From positions 384,001-448,000 of the forward strand of contig CAVXGR010000005.1 in assembly GCA_963761335.1 (NCBI GenBank): a stretch of DNA of 64,000 bases. Reading direction: 5' to 3'. Every line of letters begins with the position of its first letter. The first letter of the stretch is position 1. This document shows, one piece after another, positions 1-8,480 of the stretch. The position numbers and the translations under genes are program-made. Source of the stretch: an uncultured delta proteobacterium. Lineage in GTDB: Bacteria; Desulfobacterota; Binatia; HRBIN30; BPIQ01. Below the pieces are notes generated by a model. That model made no database searches. It saw nothing but the letters and a program-made list of their open reading frames with translations, and was not told where the DNA came from.

Positions 1-485
1 GCATGGTCGGCATCCTGGTGCTCATGCACGACCAGTCGAGCGGCGAGGTCCGCCTCGACCGACACGGTCGCCCCGAGATCCGCTACCGCGTCGAGCCGCG
101 CGAGAAGAAGCTCTTCCTCGAGGGCATGGCGCACTGCGCCGAGATTCTCTTTGCCAGCGGCGCCCGTGAGGTGATCATTCCCTACGAGCCGGGGCTGCGC
201 CTCAAGCCGGGCGACGATCTCGGCGCCATCGCCGCTCGCGGACTCGAGCCCAATCAGATCCAGCTGGCCTCCACACACCCGCAGAGCACCTGCCGGATGG
301 GCGAGAATCCGCGGCGCTCGGTGGTCAGCTCCTACTGCCAGTCGCACGACCTGAAGAACCTGTTCATCTGCGACATGGGCGTGTTTCCGTCCTCGCTCGG
401 CGCCCCGCCGCAGATCTCCACCGCCGCCATCGCCGACCGCACGGCGCGCTACATCGCCGCCAACTGGAGCTCGCTCGCGGGGTGA
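1..485 (+). CDS. GMC-family oxidoreductase, C-terminal part (starts before window)
   Basis: HPQSTCRMG...SVVSSYCQSHDLKNLFICDMGVFPSSLGAPPQIST resembles the GMC oxidoreductase C-terminal motif. Confidence 0.8.
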   Translation, partial: MVGILVLMHDQSSGEVRLDRHGRPEIRYRVEPREKKLFLEGMAHCAEILFASGAREVIIPYEPGLRLKPGDDLGAIAARGLEPNQIQLASTHPQSTCRMGENPRRSVVSSYCQSHDLKNLFICDMGVFPSSLGAPPQISTAAIADRTARYIAANWSSLAG

Positions 486-566
486 CGAGGTGTTGAGGTA
501 AGAAAAGAACCTCCCAACACCTCAACACCCAACACCTCGTTTCTCTCACCCAACACCTCGTTTCTC
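485..566. repeat. Short-period (AACACCTC-type) inverted/tandem repeat between convergent genes
   Basis: ACGAGGTGTTGAGGT opposite repeated AACACC(T/C)C units; CACCCAACACCTCGTTTCTC is duplicated at 526-545 and 547-566. Confidence 0.7.
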
Positions 567-1619
567 ACGGCGGTGCGCCTGGCGGCGGGTGGTGATCACC
601 CGCGGTATGGGCATGTCGGGCTGCACGGCCTCTTCGATGGTGAGATCGGTGCGTCCGCGGAACGGCTCGAGGCGCACCGGGCAGTGGGCGATGTCGCAGC
701 GAGAGCAATAGATGCGGCGGCAGGGGTCGATGTGGAAGACGATCTCGCCCTCGCTGTCGCACCGCTCGATGACGCGGCGCTCGAAGGCGTCGGCGGCGTC
801 GTGGGCCTGCTCCACCGACCAGAACTCGGGAACGACGAGGTGCGCATCCACGTGGGAGAAGCGGCCGGAGCGGATGGCGCGCAGATTGTGGACGCGGATG
901 ATGCCGGGGACCAGCGATGCATTCAGGGCGCCGATGAGGTCGTGGAGCAGACCCGTGTCCTCCTCGTCGAGTAAGCCACCGGCCGCGTGGCGCACCAGGC
1001 GAAGTCCGGTCACCGCCAGGTTGATGCCGACGAGGATGGCCACCGCCGGGTCGAGCCAGAGGACGTCGGTGAAGCGGACCAGGATGAGGCCGACGACCAC
1101 ACCGAGGCTGGTCCAGAAGTCCGAGAGCACGTGCTTGCCGTCGGCGACCAGAGTCAGGGACTGGTGGCGGCGACCGACGCGCAGCAGGAAGATTCCCAGC
1201 AGCGCGTTGACGATGCCGGCGCCGGCGGTGATCAGCAGGCCGTAATCGAGGTCGCGCACCTCGACGCCGCCGAGCAGGCCCTCGACCGCCTGATAGACGA
1301 TCATCACCGCGGCAAAGGCGATGAGGCCCCCCTCGAAGGCGGCGGAGAGGAACTCGACCTTGCCGTGCCCGTAGGGATGGTTGCGATCCGCCGGCCGTCC
1401 GGCAAACGCCAGCCCGCCGAGGGCGAAGACGGCGGCGACGACGTTGACGATGCTCTCCAGGGCGTCGGAGAGGATGGCGGTCGATCCGGTCAGCCGGTAG
1501 GCGAAGAACTTCGCCAGCAGCAGCGCCGTGCCGATGACCAGCGACACCAGCCCGGCGGTGAGCCGCACGCGCAGATCGGAGTCGGCCGGGGTCGCGGGCG
1601 CGGAGATCGGAGCCGTCAT
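546..1619 (-). CDS. Cation diffusion facilitator (FieF-like) metal transporter
   Basis: SDALESIVN, HPYGHGKVE and HVLSD motifs; hydrophobic helices; C-terminal HIDP dimerisation domain followed by a Cys cluster. Confidence 0.9.
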   Translation of the reverse strand: MTAPISAPATPADSDLRVRLTAGLVSLVIGTALLLAKFFAYRLTGSTAILSDALESIVNVVAAVFALGGLAFAGRPADRNHPYGHGKVEFLSAAFEGGLIAFAAVMIVYQAVEGLLGGVEVRDLDYGLLITAGAGIVNALLGIFLLRVGRRHQSLTLVADGKHVLSDFWTSLGVVVGLILVRFTDVLWLDPAVAILVGINLAVTGLRLVRHAAGGLLDEEDTGLLHDLIGALNASLVPGIIRVHNLRAIRSGRFSHVDAHLVVPEFWSVEQAHDAADAFERRVIERCDSEGEIVFHIDPCRRIYCSRCDIAHCPVRLEPFRGRTDLTIEEAVQPDMPIPRVITTRRQAHRREKRGVG

Positions 1620-1669
1620 GGGGATATCATCCGCCGCCGCCCCGCGGAGTCAAAGACCCGCTCCCGGGG

Positions 1670-4057
1670 TTACCCGATCACCACTCGCTCGACCACGTCC
1701 GGCACTTCCTCCGGCTTCCACAGCGCCGAGCGGAAGTACTCGAAGCGGCGCCACTGCGGTGAGAGGTTGGCGAAGAAGGTGGAGGCGGGGTTGTCGCACG
1801 GGCCCGACGAGTGGGCGAAGAGCGCCTCTTCCGGTCGGGAGAGATCACAGATGAAGCGGCTGGTGGCGCCGACGAAGGGGCGCGGCGGACCGATCGGCGC
1901 CGCCACCGAGGGGCTGATGGTGTAGACGTCGCCGGGGAAAGGTCCCTCGAGAGCGCGAAACGGTCGTCCGAGAAAGGGGATCTCACCGAGCGGCGTTGCC
2001 AGGCGGAGGCGCTGCATGTCGCCCCAGCGCCACTGCTCGGGCGCGGCGCCGTGCTTCTCGGCGAGGTGCGCGACGGCATGCGAGAAGGACTCCTGCGCCA
2101 GGGCGCGCAGCGACTTGCCGCTGCTGCGCTCGATGTCCGGGCGGAGTGGATCCGTCTCGTCGAGCAGGAGTCGCTGCAGCCGCGGAAGACCGCGACGGGT
2201 ATTGAGGAATCGCGGCCCGGCAGTGCTGCCGAGCAGCGGGCGCAGGGCTCGTCCCACCATCTCGCGCATGGTGAAGACGTAGATCGGGGCGGCGGCCGAC
2301 TCGCACGAGAAGGCCCCGTCCCATTCCGCCAGCAGCCGCCGCGCCCGCCCGACCGTGTCGGCTCGCGAAACGAAATCGGAGAGCAGCGGCAGGAGCGCGT
2401 CGCGCAGCGCCGGCCCGTAATCAGAGCCGACGTCGCGCTGCATGGCGGCGAAGCTCTCGGTGCTGTGATCGGTGCGCGCCGCGAGCGCCTTCTCGATGCG
2501 GCGCTGCCGGTGATCCGGCTCGACGTGGACCCGCGTCGTGGCCCGCCGGATCTGCTCCTCGTCGGCGATCGAGTTGGCCGAGGCGACATAGCCGCGCTCG
2601 GGATTCACCATCTTCGGGTTCTCGTCGAACGACAGAAAACCGTCCCATTGCCCGGCCGGATCATCGGCGTCGCGCACGAAGAGCCCGTCGCCCTGGCGCC
2701 GCGGCAGCTTGCCGAACGGCTCCCAGGCGAAGTGGCCGTCCTTGTGGGCATAGACGTGGTTGAAGTCGAACGGCCCCTCGTTGATGCGTGCCAGGGCGCG
2801 CTGGTGCTCCGCCGCCGTCTTCGACTCGGCGAGAAGCAGGTAGCCGTCGAAGTAGCTCGCCAGATCCGACGAGGCGAAACGCAGCGCCAGCTCGGTGCCG
2901 TCGTGATGGCGCCAGCCGGGATAGATGATGCCGTGCTCGCAGCTCTCCCATTCGAGATTCACCCGGCGTCCGAAGCGCGTCGGGTGTGCTTCGCGGTGCT
3001 GCGTGATCGGGTTGCTGCCGCCGACGCTGTGGTATCGGCTGCGGTCGTCGCCGAGACGGCGGATCCGGTACAGGTCCCAGGCGTCTCGGTAGGCGGTGGT
3101 GACGCCCCAGGCCAGGTTGCCGTTATGCCCGAAGCCGAAGATCGGACAGCCGAGCATCAGACCGCCCTGTATCCGATAGAGCGGGCACTCGAGATGGGCG
3201 TGGTACCAGAAGGTCGGCAGCGGCAGCAGCGGTACGTGCGGATCGTTGGCGACGATCGGCGCTCCCGATGCCGAGCGCCATCCCGCCACCGCCCAGTTGT
3301 TGCTGCCGGCGGCGGTGAGGTGGATCGGAACCTCGGGCTCGGCGCCCTCGACGTTGGCATAGGAGCGCGGCGCATTCTCCCAAGGGGCCTCCGGAAAGAA
3401 GCGCTGCGCCGCCTCGTCGCCCAGATGGCCGCGCACCGCGTCGAAGCCGAGCTCGACGTCGAGCGGAGAGAGGGCGACACAGAACGAGCAGGTGCGGGCC
3501 GCCAGCAGGGCGTCGCTCGGACGCCAGGGGCGCACGGCGCCGAGCACCAGGTACTCCGGCGGATAGACACCGCCGGCGGCGCGCAGGGCGGCGTTGATGC
3601 CGGCGGCGTAGGCGTCCAGGCAGGCGCGCCCGCGCTCGGAGAGACGCTCGAAATCGGCTTCGCACTGCGATTCGAAGGCGAAGGGGCGCACGAACAGGTC
3701 GAGATCGGCGATGCTCTTGCCACCGAACATCGCGTTCCCCTTGGGCGCCCGCAGGTTGCCGACCAACTCGCACATGCGTCCGGCGCCCAAGTGGCGCAGG
3801 ACGTCGAGCAGCAGGAAGCGATCGGCACCTTGGAGATAGCCGAGGGCGCCGTAGAGATCGGGCTCGTGCTCGGCGTAGATGTGCGGCACACCGTTGGTGT
3901 CGCGGAGGATCTGTAGGCGACCGCGCATCGCCGGGAGATTTGCCGCCGTCAGCGGCGGCGAGGTGCGCGGCTGCGGCTGCGCCAGCGCCGACCGCACCGT
4001 GCGCGCCAGCATCGCCAGCCGCCGCTTCGGCGGCAGTCGTTCGCGGATCTCGGCCAT
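1670..4057 (-). CDS. Penicillin acylase family Ntn-hydrolase
   Basis: RDTNGVPHIYA, GSNNWAV nucleophile site, ANDPH; start set to ATG 4057 because the longer ORF runs into the repeat. Confidence 0.9.
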   Translation of the reverse strand: MAEIRERLPPKRRLAMLARTVRSALAQPQPRTSPPLTAANLPAMRGRLQILRDTNGVPHIYAEHEPDLYGALGYLQGADRFLLLDVLRHLGAGRMCELVGNLRAPKGNAMFGGKSIADLDLFVRPFAFESQCEADFERLSERGRACLDAYAAGINAALRAAGGVYPPEYLVLGAVRPWRPSDALLAARTCSFCVALSPLDVELGFDAVRGHLGDEAAQRFFPEAPWENAPRSYANVEGAEPEVPIHLTAAGSNNWAVAGWRSASGAPIVANDPHVPLLPLPTFWYHAHLECPLYRIQGGLMLGCPIFGFGHNGNLAWGVTTAYRDAWDLYRIRRLGDDRSRYHSVGGSNPITQHREAHPTRFGRRVNLEWESCEHGIIYPGWRHHDGTELALRFASSDLASYFDGYLLLAESKTAAEHQRALARINEGPFDFNHVYAHKDGHFAWEPFGKLPRRQGDGLFVRDADDPAGQWDGFLSFDENPKMVNPERGYVASANSIADEEQIRRATTRVHVEPDHRQRRIEKALAARTDHSTESFAAMQRDVGSDYGPALRDALLPLLSDFVSRADTVGRARRLLAEWDGAFSCESAAAPIYVFTMREMVGRALRPLLGSTAGPRFLNTRRGLPRLQRLLLDETDPLRPDIERSSGKSLRALAQESFSHAVAHLAEKHGAAPEQWRWGDMQRLRLATPLGEIPFLGRPFRALEGPFPGDVYTISPSVAAPIGPPRPFVGATSRFICDLSRPEEALFAHSSGPCDNPASTFFANLSPQWRRFEYFRSALWKPEEVPDVVERVVIG

Positions 4058-4084
4058 GGGCGCCCCATACAAGCCCACCCGCCC

Positions 4085-4887
4085 CGGCGTCAATTGGGGA
4101 CAGTGCATATGAGCCTTGCGGCTCACCAATGGACGACGAAATTGAGGCTGGGGATCTGCGCCGGCAAGAGACTTGGAGGTCCTCGCCCGGCTGAAGTTCG
4201 CCCCGGAGGGGCGGTGGCGTGTAGCCCCGGGTGAAACCCGGGAAAGATGCGCGCTCCGTCAGGCGCACCCCGCCAGGGGCGCGGGCAAGTTTTCGTCGAT
4301 GTCACGCCTGTACGCCGATGCTCACCGCTGGGTGCGTGGGAAGCTCATCGAGGTGATTCACGCGGCCTCTACGCCTGCGCCCCTGCGGGGCGCTGATCTG
4401 GGCCAATCGGAACGCGGTCCCCGGGTTGACACCCGGGGCTACATGCCTGCGCCCCTCCGGGGCGACAAGCCTCCACGCCAAGCGCCGGTGCGCTCCGCCA
4501 GACCTTCATCCAACAGATTTTCGAAGCAGTGCGTCATGAGCCTGCGGCTCACCAACAGACGATGAAAATGGACGGCGTCCTGATTCACTGATCAGACGCT
4601 TGCGATGATACTTCCGCGCCACGGGGGCGGGTCTCCTCTCCCCGCATCTTTCCGCGGGGAGAGGATCAAGGTGAGGGGTTCCTGTCTCACTGAAAGCTCG
4701 TGAATCTCCACGGCCTTCACAGAGATCGGCACCCTCACCCTGACCCTCTCCCGCCAAGTAATGCGGGAGAGGGAACGCGCCCCCGAAGCGCACACCCAAC
4801 AGATTTTCGAAGCAGGCTACTTTTGCCGCCCGGATTGATATCCGCAGTGTGGAAGTCGCAAAAGTAGCCTGTCCCCAATTGACGCCG
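4085..4887. repeat. Palindromic REP-like host element split by an insertion (arms 4085-4103 plus 4816-4826, and 4858-4887)
   Basis: Removing 4104-4815 gives CGGCGTCAATTGGGGACAG-GCTACTTTTGC, exactly complementary to GCAAAAGTAGC-CTGTCCCCAATTGACGCCG (30 bp stem). Confidence 0.9.
4104..4815 (+). mobile_element. Non-autonomous composite insertion, copy A: unit 1 (4104-4529) plus unit 2 (4530-4815)
   Basis: Both units start TGC..ATGAGCC(T)TGCGGCTCACCAA and end CCAACAGATTTTCGAAGCAG; near-identical copies at 18916-19611 and 61548-62355. Confidence 0.85.
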
Positions 4888-4895
4888 CTGGAGGC

Positions 4896-6308
4896 CTACT
4901 CGCCTGCCGGCCGGTGCGCCGATCGCGATTCCAGAAAGGCGAGGATCCTGTCGAGATCGCCGGGAGTCAGGTTGCCGGCGAACGCCGGCATGTTGACCCC
5001 GCCGTTCATGATGCGAATCGTCATCTGCTGGCGTGTGAGGCGATCCGCGACCGCCGTCAGGCTCGGACCCCGGTGTCCACCGTGCCCGGCCACCTCGTGG
5101 CAGAACTCGCAGCCCTTGGCGTGGAACAGCTGCGCGCCCTCGTAAACCGGCCCGCTGCTCGCGCCGATGACGCCGGCGGGCAGGGGCTTGGCGCTGAAGT
5201 CCGGGGACCACGGCGCCTTGCGCCCCTGCACCCACAGGGTGCCGATCATCAACACGACGAACAGCACGATGGCAACCGCCCAGGGCCGCCGCCAGGGGCT
5301 CCGCTCCCCGTAGTTGGACAGGAAGGGAAGGAGAAAGAGCAGCAGCCCGGCGGTCAGCGGCGCCAGGACGATGAGGTAGCTCTCGAGAGCCGGCGGGATC
5401 AGCGCCAGGACCGCATAGTACCAGAGGAGGTACCAGTCGGGACGCGGATAGGCCTGGATGATCGTCGGATCGGGCGGCTTGCCGAGCTCGGGCGGCCCGA
5501 CCCTCCAGGCGAGCAGGAGGATGACGCCGAGGACGGCGATGCCGAAGGCCATGTCCCGCCAGGCGGCGTCGGGCCAGAAGGGATGCCCGTGCTTCTCGAG
5601 GTGGTCGCGGTACCAGTCGCGATAGGTCTTCGGATCCACCACCCGGCCCGCCTTCGGCGGCTCGGAGATGCCGTTGCGGATCACCAGGTAGAGGTGGAAG
5701 CCGAGAAACGCGAAGATCATCGCGGGGATGAAGAAGACGTGGAAGGCGAAGAAGCGACTCAGGGTCGTCGCGCCGACGGTGCCGCCGGCGAGAAGGAAAT
5801 GAGCGAGCGCCTTGCCGATGAACGGCACCCGGCCCGCCTGCTCGGCGGCGACGAAGACCGACCAGACGGCGTCCTGATCCCAGCGCAGCAGCTGCCCCGT
5901 AAACCCCATCAGCAGGGTGAGCCCGAGCAGGACCACGCCGGTGAGCCAGCTCACCTCGCGCGGGTACTTGTACGCCGCCATCACGTAGACGCGCACCATG
6001 TGAATGCCGATCAGCAGCACCATGGCCGAGGCGCCGAAGTAGTGAAGCCCGCGAAGGAAGTGGCCGAGGACGGCTTTGTCGCTGATGAAGCGCAGGGTCT
6101 CGTAGGCGTCGGCGGTGGAGGAGACATACGCCGTCGACAGGGCGATGCCGGTGACCACCTGGATGACGAATGCCAGGAGAGTGGCGCTGCCGAATACGTA
6201 CCACCAGTTGGTTCCCGGCGGCACCGGGTGCCTGGCGACGGGTTCCACCGTCTGTGAGACGCCGGTGCGGTCGTCGAACCATCGCCATGCGGCGCGGAGC
6301 CATCTCAT
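4896..6308 (-). CDS. Cytochrome b of a bc complex (b plus subunit IV region) fused to a C-terminal cytochrome c
   Basis: RGLHYFGAS, IHMVRV, FHVFF heme-b ligand regions; RPDWY (PEWY-like); C-terminal CEFCH...MPAF. Confidence 0.9.
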   Translation of the reverse strand: MRWLRAAWRWFDDRTGVSQTVEPVARHPVPPGTNWWYVFGSATLLAFVIQVVTGIALSTAYVSSTADAYETLRFISDKAVLGHFLRGLHYFGASAMVLLIGIHMVRVYVMAAYKYPREVSWLTGVVLLGLTLLMGFTGQLLRWDQDAVWSVFVAAEQAGRVPFIGKALAHFLLAGGTVGATTLSRFFAFHVFFIPAMIFAFLGFHLYLVIRNGISEPPKAGRVVDPKTYRDWYRDHLEKHGHPFWPDAAWRDMAFGIAVLGVILLLAWRVGPPELGKPPDPTIIQAYPRPDWYLLWYYAVLALIPPALESYLIVLAPLTAGLLLFLLPFLSNYGERSPWRRPWAVAIVLFVVLMIGTLWVQGRKAPWSPDFSAKPLPAGVIGASSGPVYEGAQLFHAKGCEFCHEVAGHGGHRGPSLTAVADRLTRQQMTIRIMNGGVNMPAFAGNLTPGDLDRILAFLESRSAHRPAGE

Positions 6309-6829
6309 GTGATCGGCGCGGCGGTGGCGCGGATCTGCAGCTTGCCGCCGCCGATGCGCACCGGATAGCGGACCAGGGAACGCGGCGGCGGTCCGGAGGC
6401 GACCTGGCCGTCGGAGTAGTAGACGCCGCCGTGGCAGGGGCACATGAAGAGGTTGGCGTCCGGCAGCCAGCGCACCGGGCATCCGAGATGCGTGCAGTTC
6501 ACGGAGAAGGCGATGAACTCGGTCTCGCTCTGCCGCCGCACCCAGGCGGCGGTGCGTGCCGTGAGCCCAGCCCACGGCAGCGGCGAAGCATCCTGAAAGG
6601 AAACCTCGACGGTCTCGCCGATGCGGAAGTCGTCGATCGCCCCGACGGTTCTCCAGATGGTCGGCAGGCGCTCGAGCAGCGGCGCCACCAGGAAGCCGAC
6701 CACGGGAAGAGCGACGAGGCCGGCGCCGATGGCACCGAGCGCGAGGAGCAGGCGCAGCAGAACCGGACGCCTGCCGATGTCCTGGCGTTGCTCAGTCCCC
6801 TGCGGCTCGTCGTTCTTTTCGCTGCTCAT
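6305..6829 (-). CDS. Rieske iron-sulfur subunit
   Basis: CTHLGC and CPCHG boxes; N-terminal twin-Arg-like RR and transmembrane anchor. Confidence 0.95.
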   Translation of the reverse strand: MSSEKNDEPQGTEQRQDIGRRPVLLRLLLALGAIGAGLVALPVVGFLVAPLLERLPTIWRTVGAIDDFRIGETVEVSFQDASPLPWAGLTARTAAWVRRQSETEFIAFSVNCTHLGCPVRWLPDANLFMCPCHGGVYYSDGQVASGPPPRSLVRYPVRIGGGKLQIRATAAPIT

Positions 6830-7052
6830 GAACAAGCTCTCCAATCCACCCGGCAAGTGCCAGGCCGAACAGGGCGAAGCCCACGGCGGAGATGATGTAC
6901 GTGGTGGCGATGCCGAGGGCTACGAGGGCAATGGCCAGCGCCATCATCGCCGGGGCGTAGGTGGGGCGCGGCAGAGTGGCCGGCTCGGGCGCGTTCCAGC
7001 CGTCCCTTCCGTTCTCCCCGCGGGTTGTCGACTGGTCGCCGCTTTTCCGCAT
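6792..7052 (-). CDS. Small two-helix membrane protein, probable oxidase subunit IV-like
   Basis: LPRPTYAP followed by two hydrophobic helices ending GWIGE; lies inside the cox-bc operon. Confidence 0.65.
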   Translation of the reverse strand: MRKSGDQSTTRGENGRDGWNAPEPATLPRPTYAPAMMALAIALVALGIATTYIISAVGFALFGLALAGWIGELVHEQRKERRAAGD

Positions 7053-7076
7053 GCGCTCTCGTCCCTCCATTCTCGG

Positions 7077-7919
7077 TCAGGTTCGGGGAAGGGGCTGGGG
7101 AGGTGCGCCGATGGCACCGCCAGCCCCCTCCGCATCGGCCTCCGGCGTGGCGTACCAGCGGGCCAGCACCGCGATCACCGCGGAGAGATAGACCGTGCAC
7201 GCCGGGACCCACATCAGCAGACCGCCGAGCTGCTGGTCCGTGGCCGGCGACAGGCCCCATTGTTGCCGGATCAGCGGCAGGATGCCGAGCCGGTCGGCGG
7301 GGTTCACGTAGGCGGGATAGAGACCGGCCGGCGCGAAGCTGAGGATGATGCCGAGGACAGTGCAGGCGACGCAGGCGGTGAACAGGTAGAGGACCGTGAG
7401 CAGCGGCGCCAGGCGCCGCTCCGGCAGCGGCCCCGCTACCTGCCACCAGAAGACGCAGCCGAGGAGAAGGAGGCTGAGCTGCTCGAAGAGGTGCAGGACG
7501 CCGCTGTGCAGAGCCGCCGTCAGCAGCGGGGGATAGTGCCAGACCCACATGGCGGCGGCGCCGCTGAGCCAGCCGACCACCGGCCTGCCGAGCACGCGGA
7601 CGACGCCCGCCGCCAGGGGATGCCGCAGCGCCCGCCGGGCGGCCGCCGGGGGAAGGCCGAGGAGGAGCAGTGGCGGGACGACCAGAACCAGCAGCAGATG
7701 CTCCGCCATGTGGGCGCTGAAGAGATAGCCGTGGGCCAGCACGGCCAGGGGGGAAGCCGCGGCGATGAGCAGGAGCGCCATGCCCCCGATGAAGAAAAGG
7801 GAACGGCGCGGCAGGCGAAAGCGCAGCGCGGCCGCGTAGGCGCCGAGCAGCGCGGCCCACATCGAGAGCGTCGCCCAGTCGCTGCACCAGCTCGAGGAGA
7901 GCAGCTCCGTGGTGGTCAT
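7077..7919 (-). CDS. ctaG: caa3-type cytochrome c oxidase assembly factor (CtaG-like)
   Basis: FSAHMAEHLLL, WVWHYP and DQQLGGLLMWVP motifs. Confidence 0.85.
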   Translation of the reverse strand: MTTTELLSSSWCSDWATLSMWAALLGAYAAALRFRLPRRSLFFIGGMALLLIAAASPLAVLAHGYLFSAHMAEHLLLVLVVPPLLLLGLPPAAARRALRHPLAAGVVRVLGRPVVGWLSGAAAMWVWHYPPLLTAALHSGVLHLFEQLSLLLLGCVFWWQVAGPLPERRLAPLLTVLYLFTACVACTVLGIILSFAPAGLYPAYVNPADRLGILPLIRQQWGLSPATDQQLGGLLMWVPACTVYLSAVIAVLARWYATPEADAEGAGGAIGAPPQPLPRT

Positions 7920-8467
7920 CGGGTCCCCCAAAGGTAGACGATGGAGAAGATCGCGATCCAGACGACGTCGACGAAATGCCAGTAGAGCGCCACGACGCCG
8001 ACCGCCTCGCTCGGGGCTCCGGGAAGCTCTCCCCAGAGGGTGAGTCCCAGGAGGATGGACAGGGCCAGCAGGCCGACGAAGACGTGGAGCCCGTGAAAGC
8101 CGGTGAGCGTGAAGAAGGTGGTGCCGAAGAGATCGCGGCTGATGGTGACGTTCTCGCCGATCAGACGCGCGAACTCCGCGCCCTGCCCGGCGAGGAAGAT
8201 GGCGCCGAGCAGGACGGTGGCGGCCAGCCACGCACACTGCCGGCGGCGCGCCTCGCTTTCGCCGTTCTTCTCGGCGCGCCACATGGTGGCGCTGCTGCTC
8301 AGCAGGAAGACGGTGTTGATTCCGGTCTTCCGCGGGTCGAGGACATCGGCGGCAGTGGGGCCCGTGGAGCCGCCGCCGTGATAGTAGACGTAGGCGAGGA
8401 TCAGCAGCAGAAAGAAGTTCGCCTCCGAGGCGATGAAGAAGATCATGCCGAGCTTTGCCCGTTTCAT
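7916..8467 (-). CDS. coxC: Cytochrome c oxidase subunit III (short form)
   Basis: FIASE, FFTLTGFHGLHV, LYWHFVDVVW. Confidence 0.92.
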   Translation of the reverse strand: MKRAKLGMIFFIASEANFFLLLILAYVYYHGGGSTGPTAADVLDPRKTGINTVFLLSSSATMWRAEKNGESEARRRQCAWLAATVLLGAIFLAGQGAEFARLIGENVTISRDLFGTTFFTLTGFHGLHVFVGLLALSILLGLTLWGELPGAPSEAVGVVALYWHFVDVVWIAIFSIVYLWGTR

Positions 8468-8480
8468 TGCCGCCCCTCGG

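Noticed and set aside
1811..3916. Long antisense or alternate-frame ORFs (also 20208-22520, 45302-47461, 54400-56505, 62256-63902)
   Set aside because: Shadow ORFs expected in high-GC DNA; each overlaps a gene with clear family motifs
4505..4575. Hammerhead ribozyme or group II intron domain V at the unit junction
   Set aside because: Neither the CUGAUGA/GAAA core arrangement nor a full domain V hairpin is present on either strand; an Rfam scan would settle it
4123..4799. ORFs inside the composite repeats (also 18864-19715, 51011-51465, 61467-62278)
   Set aside because: Frames and lengths differ between near-identical copies because of indels, and no transposase motifs are visible
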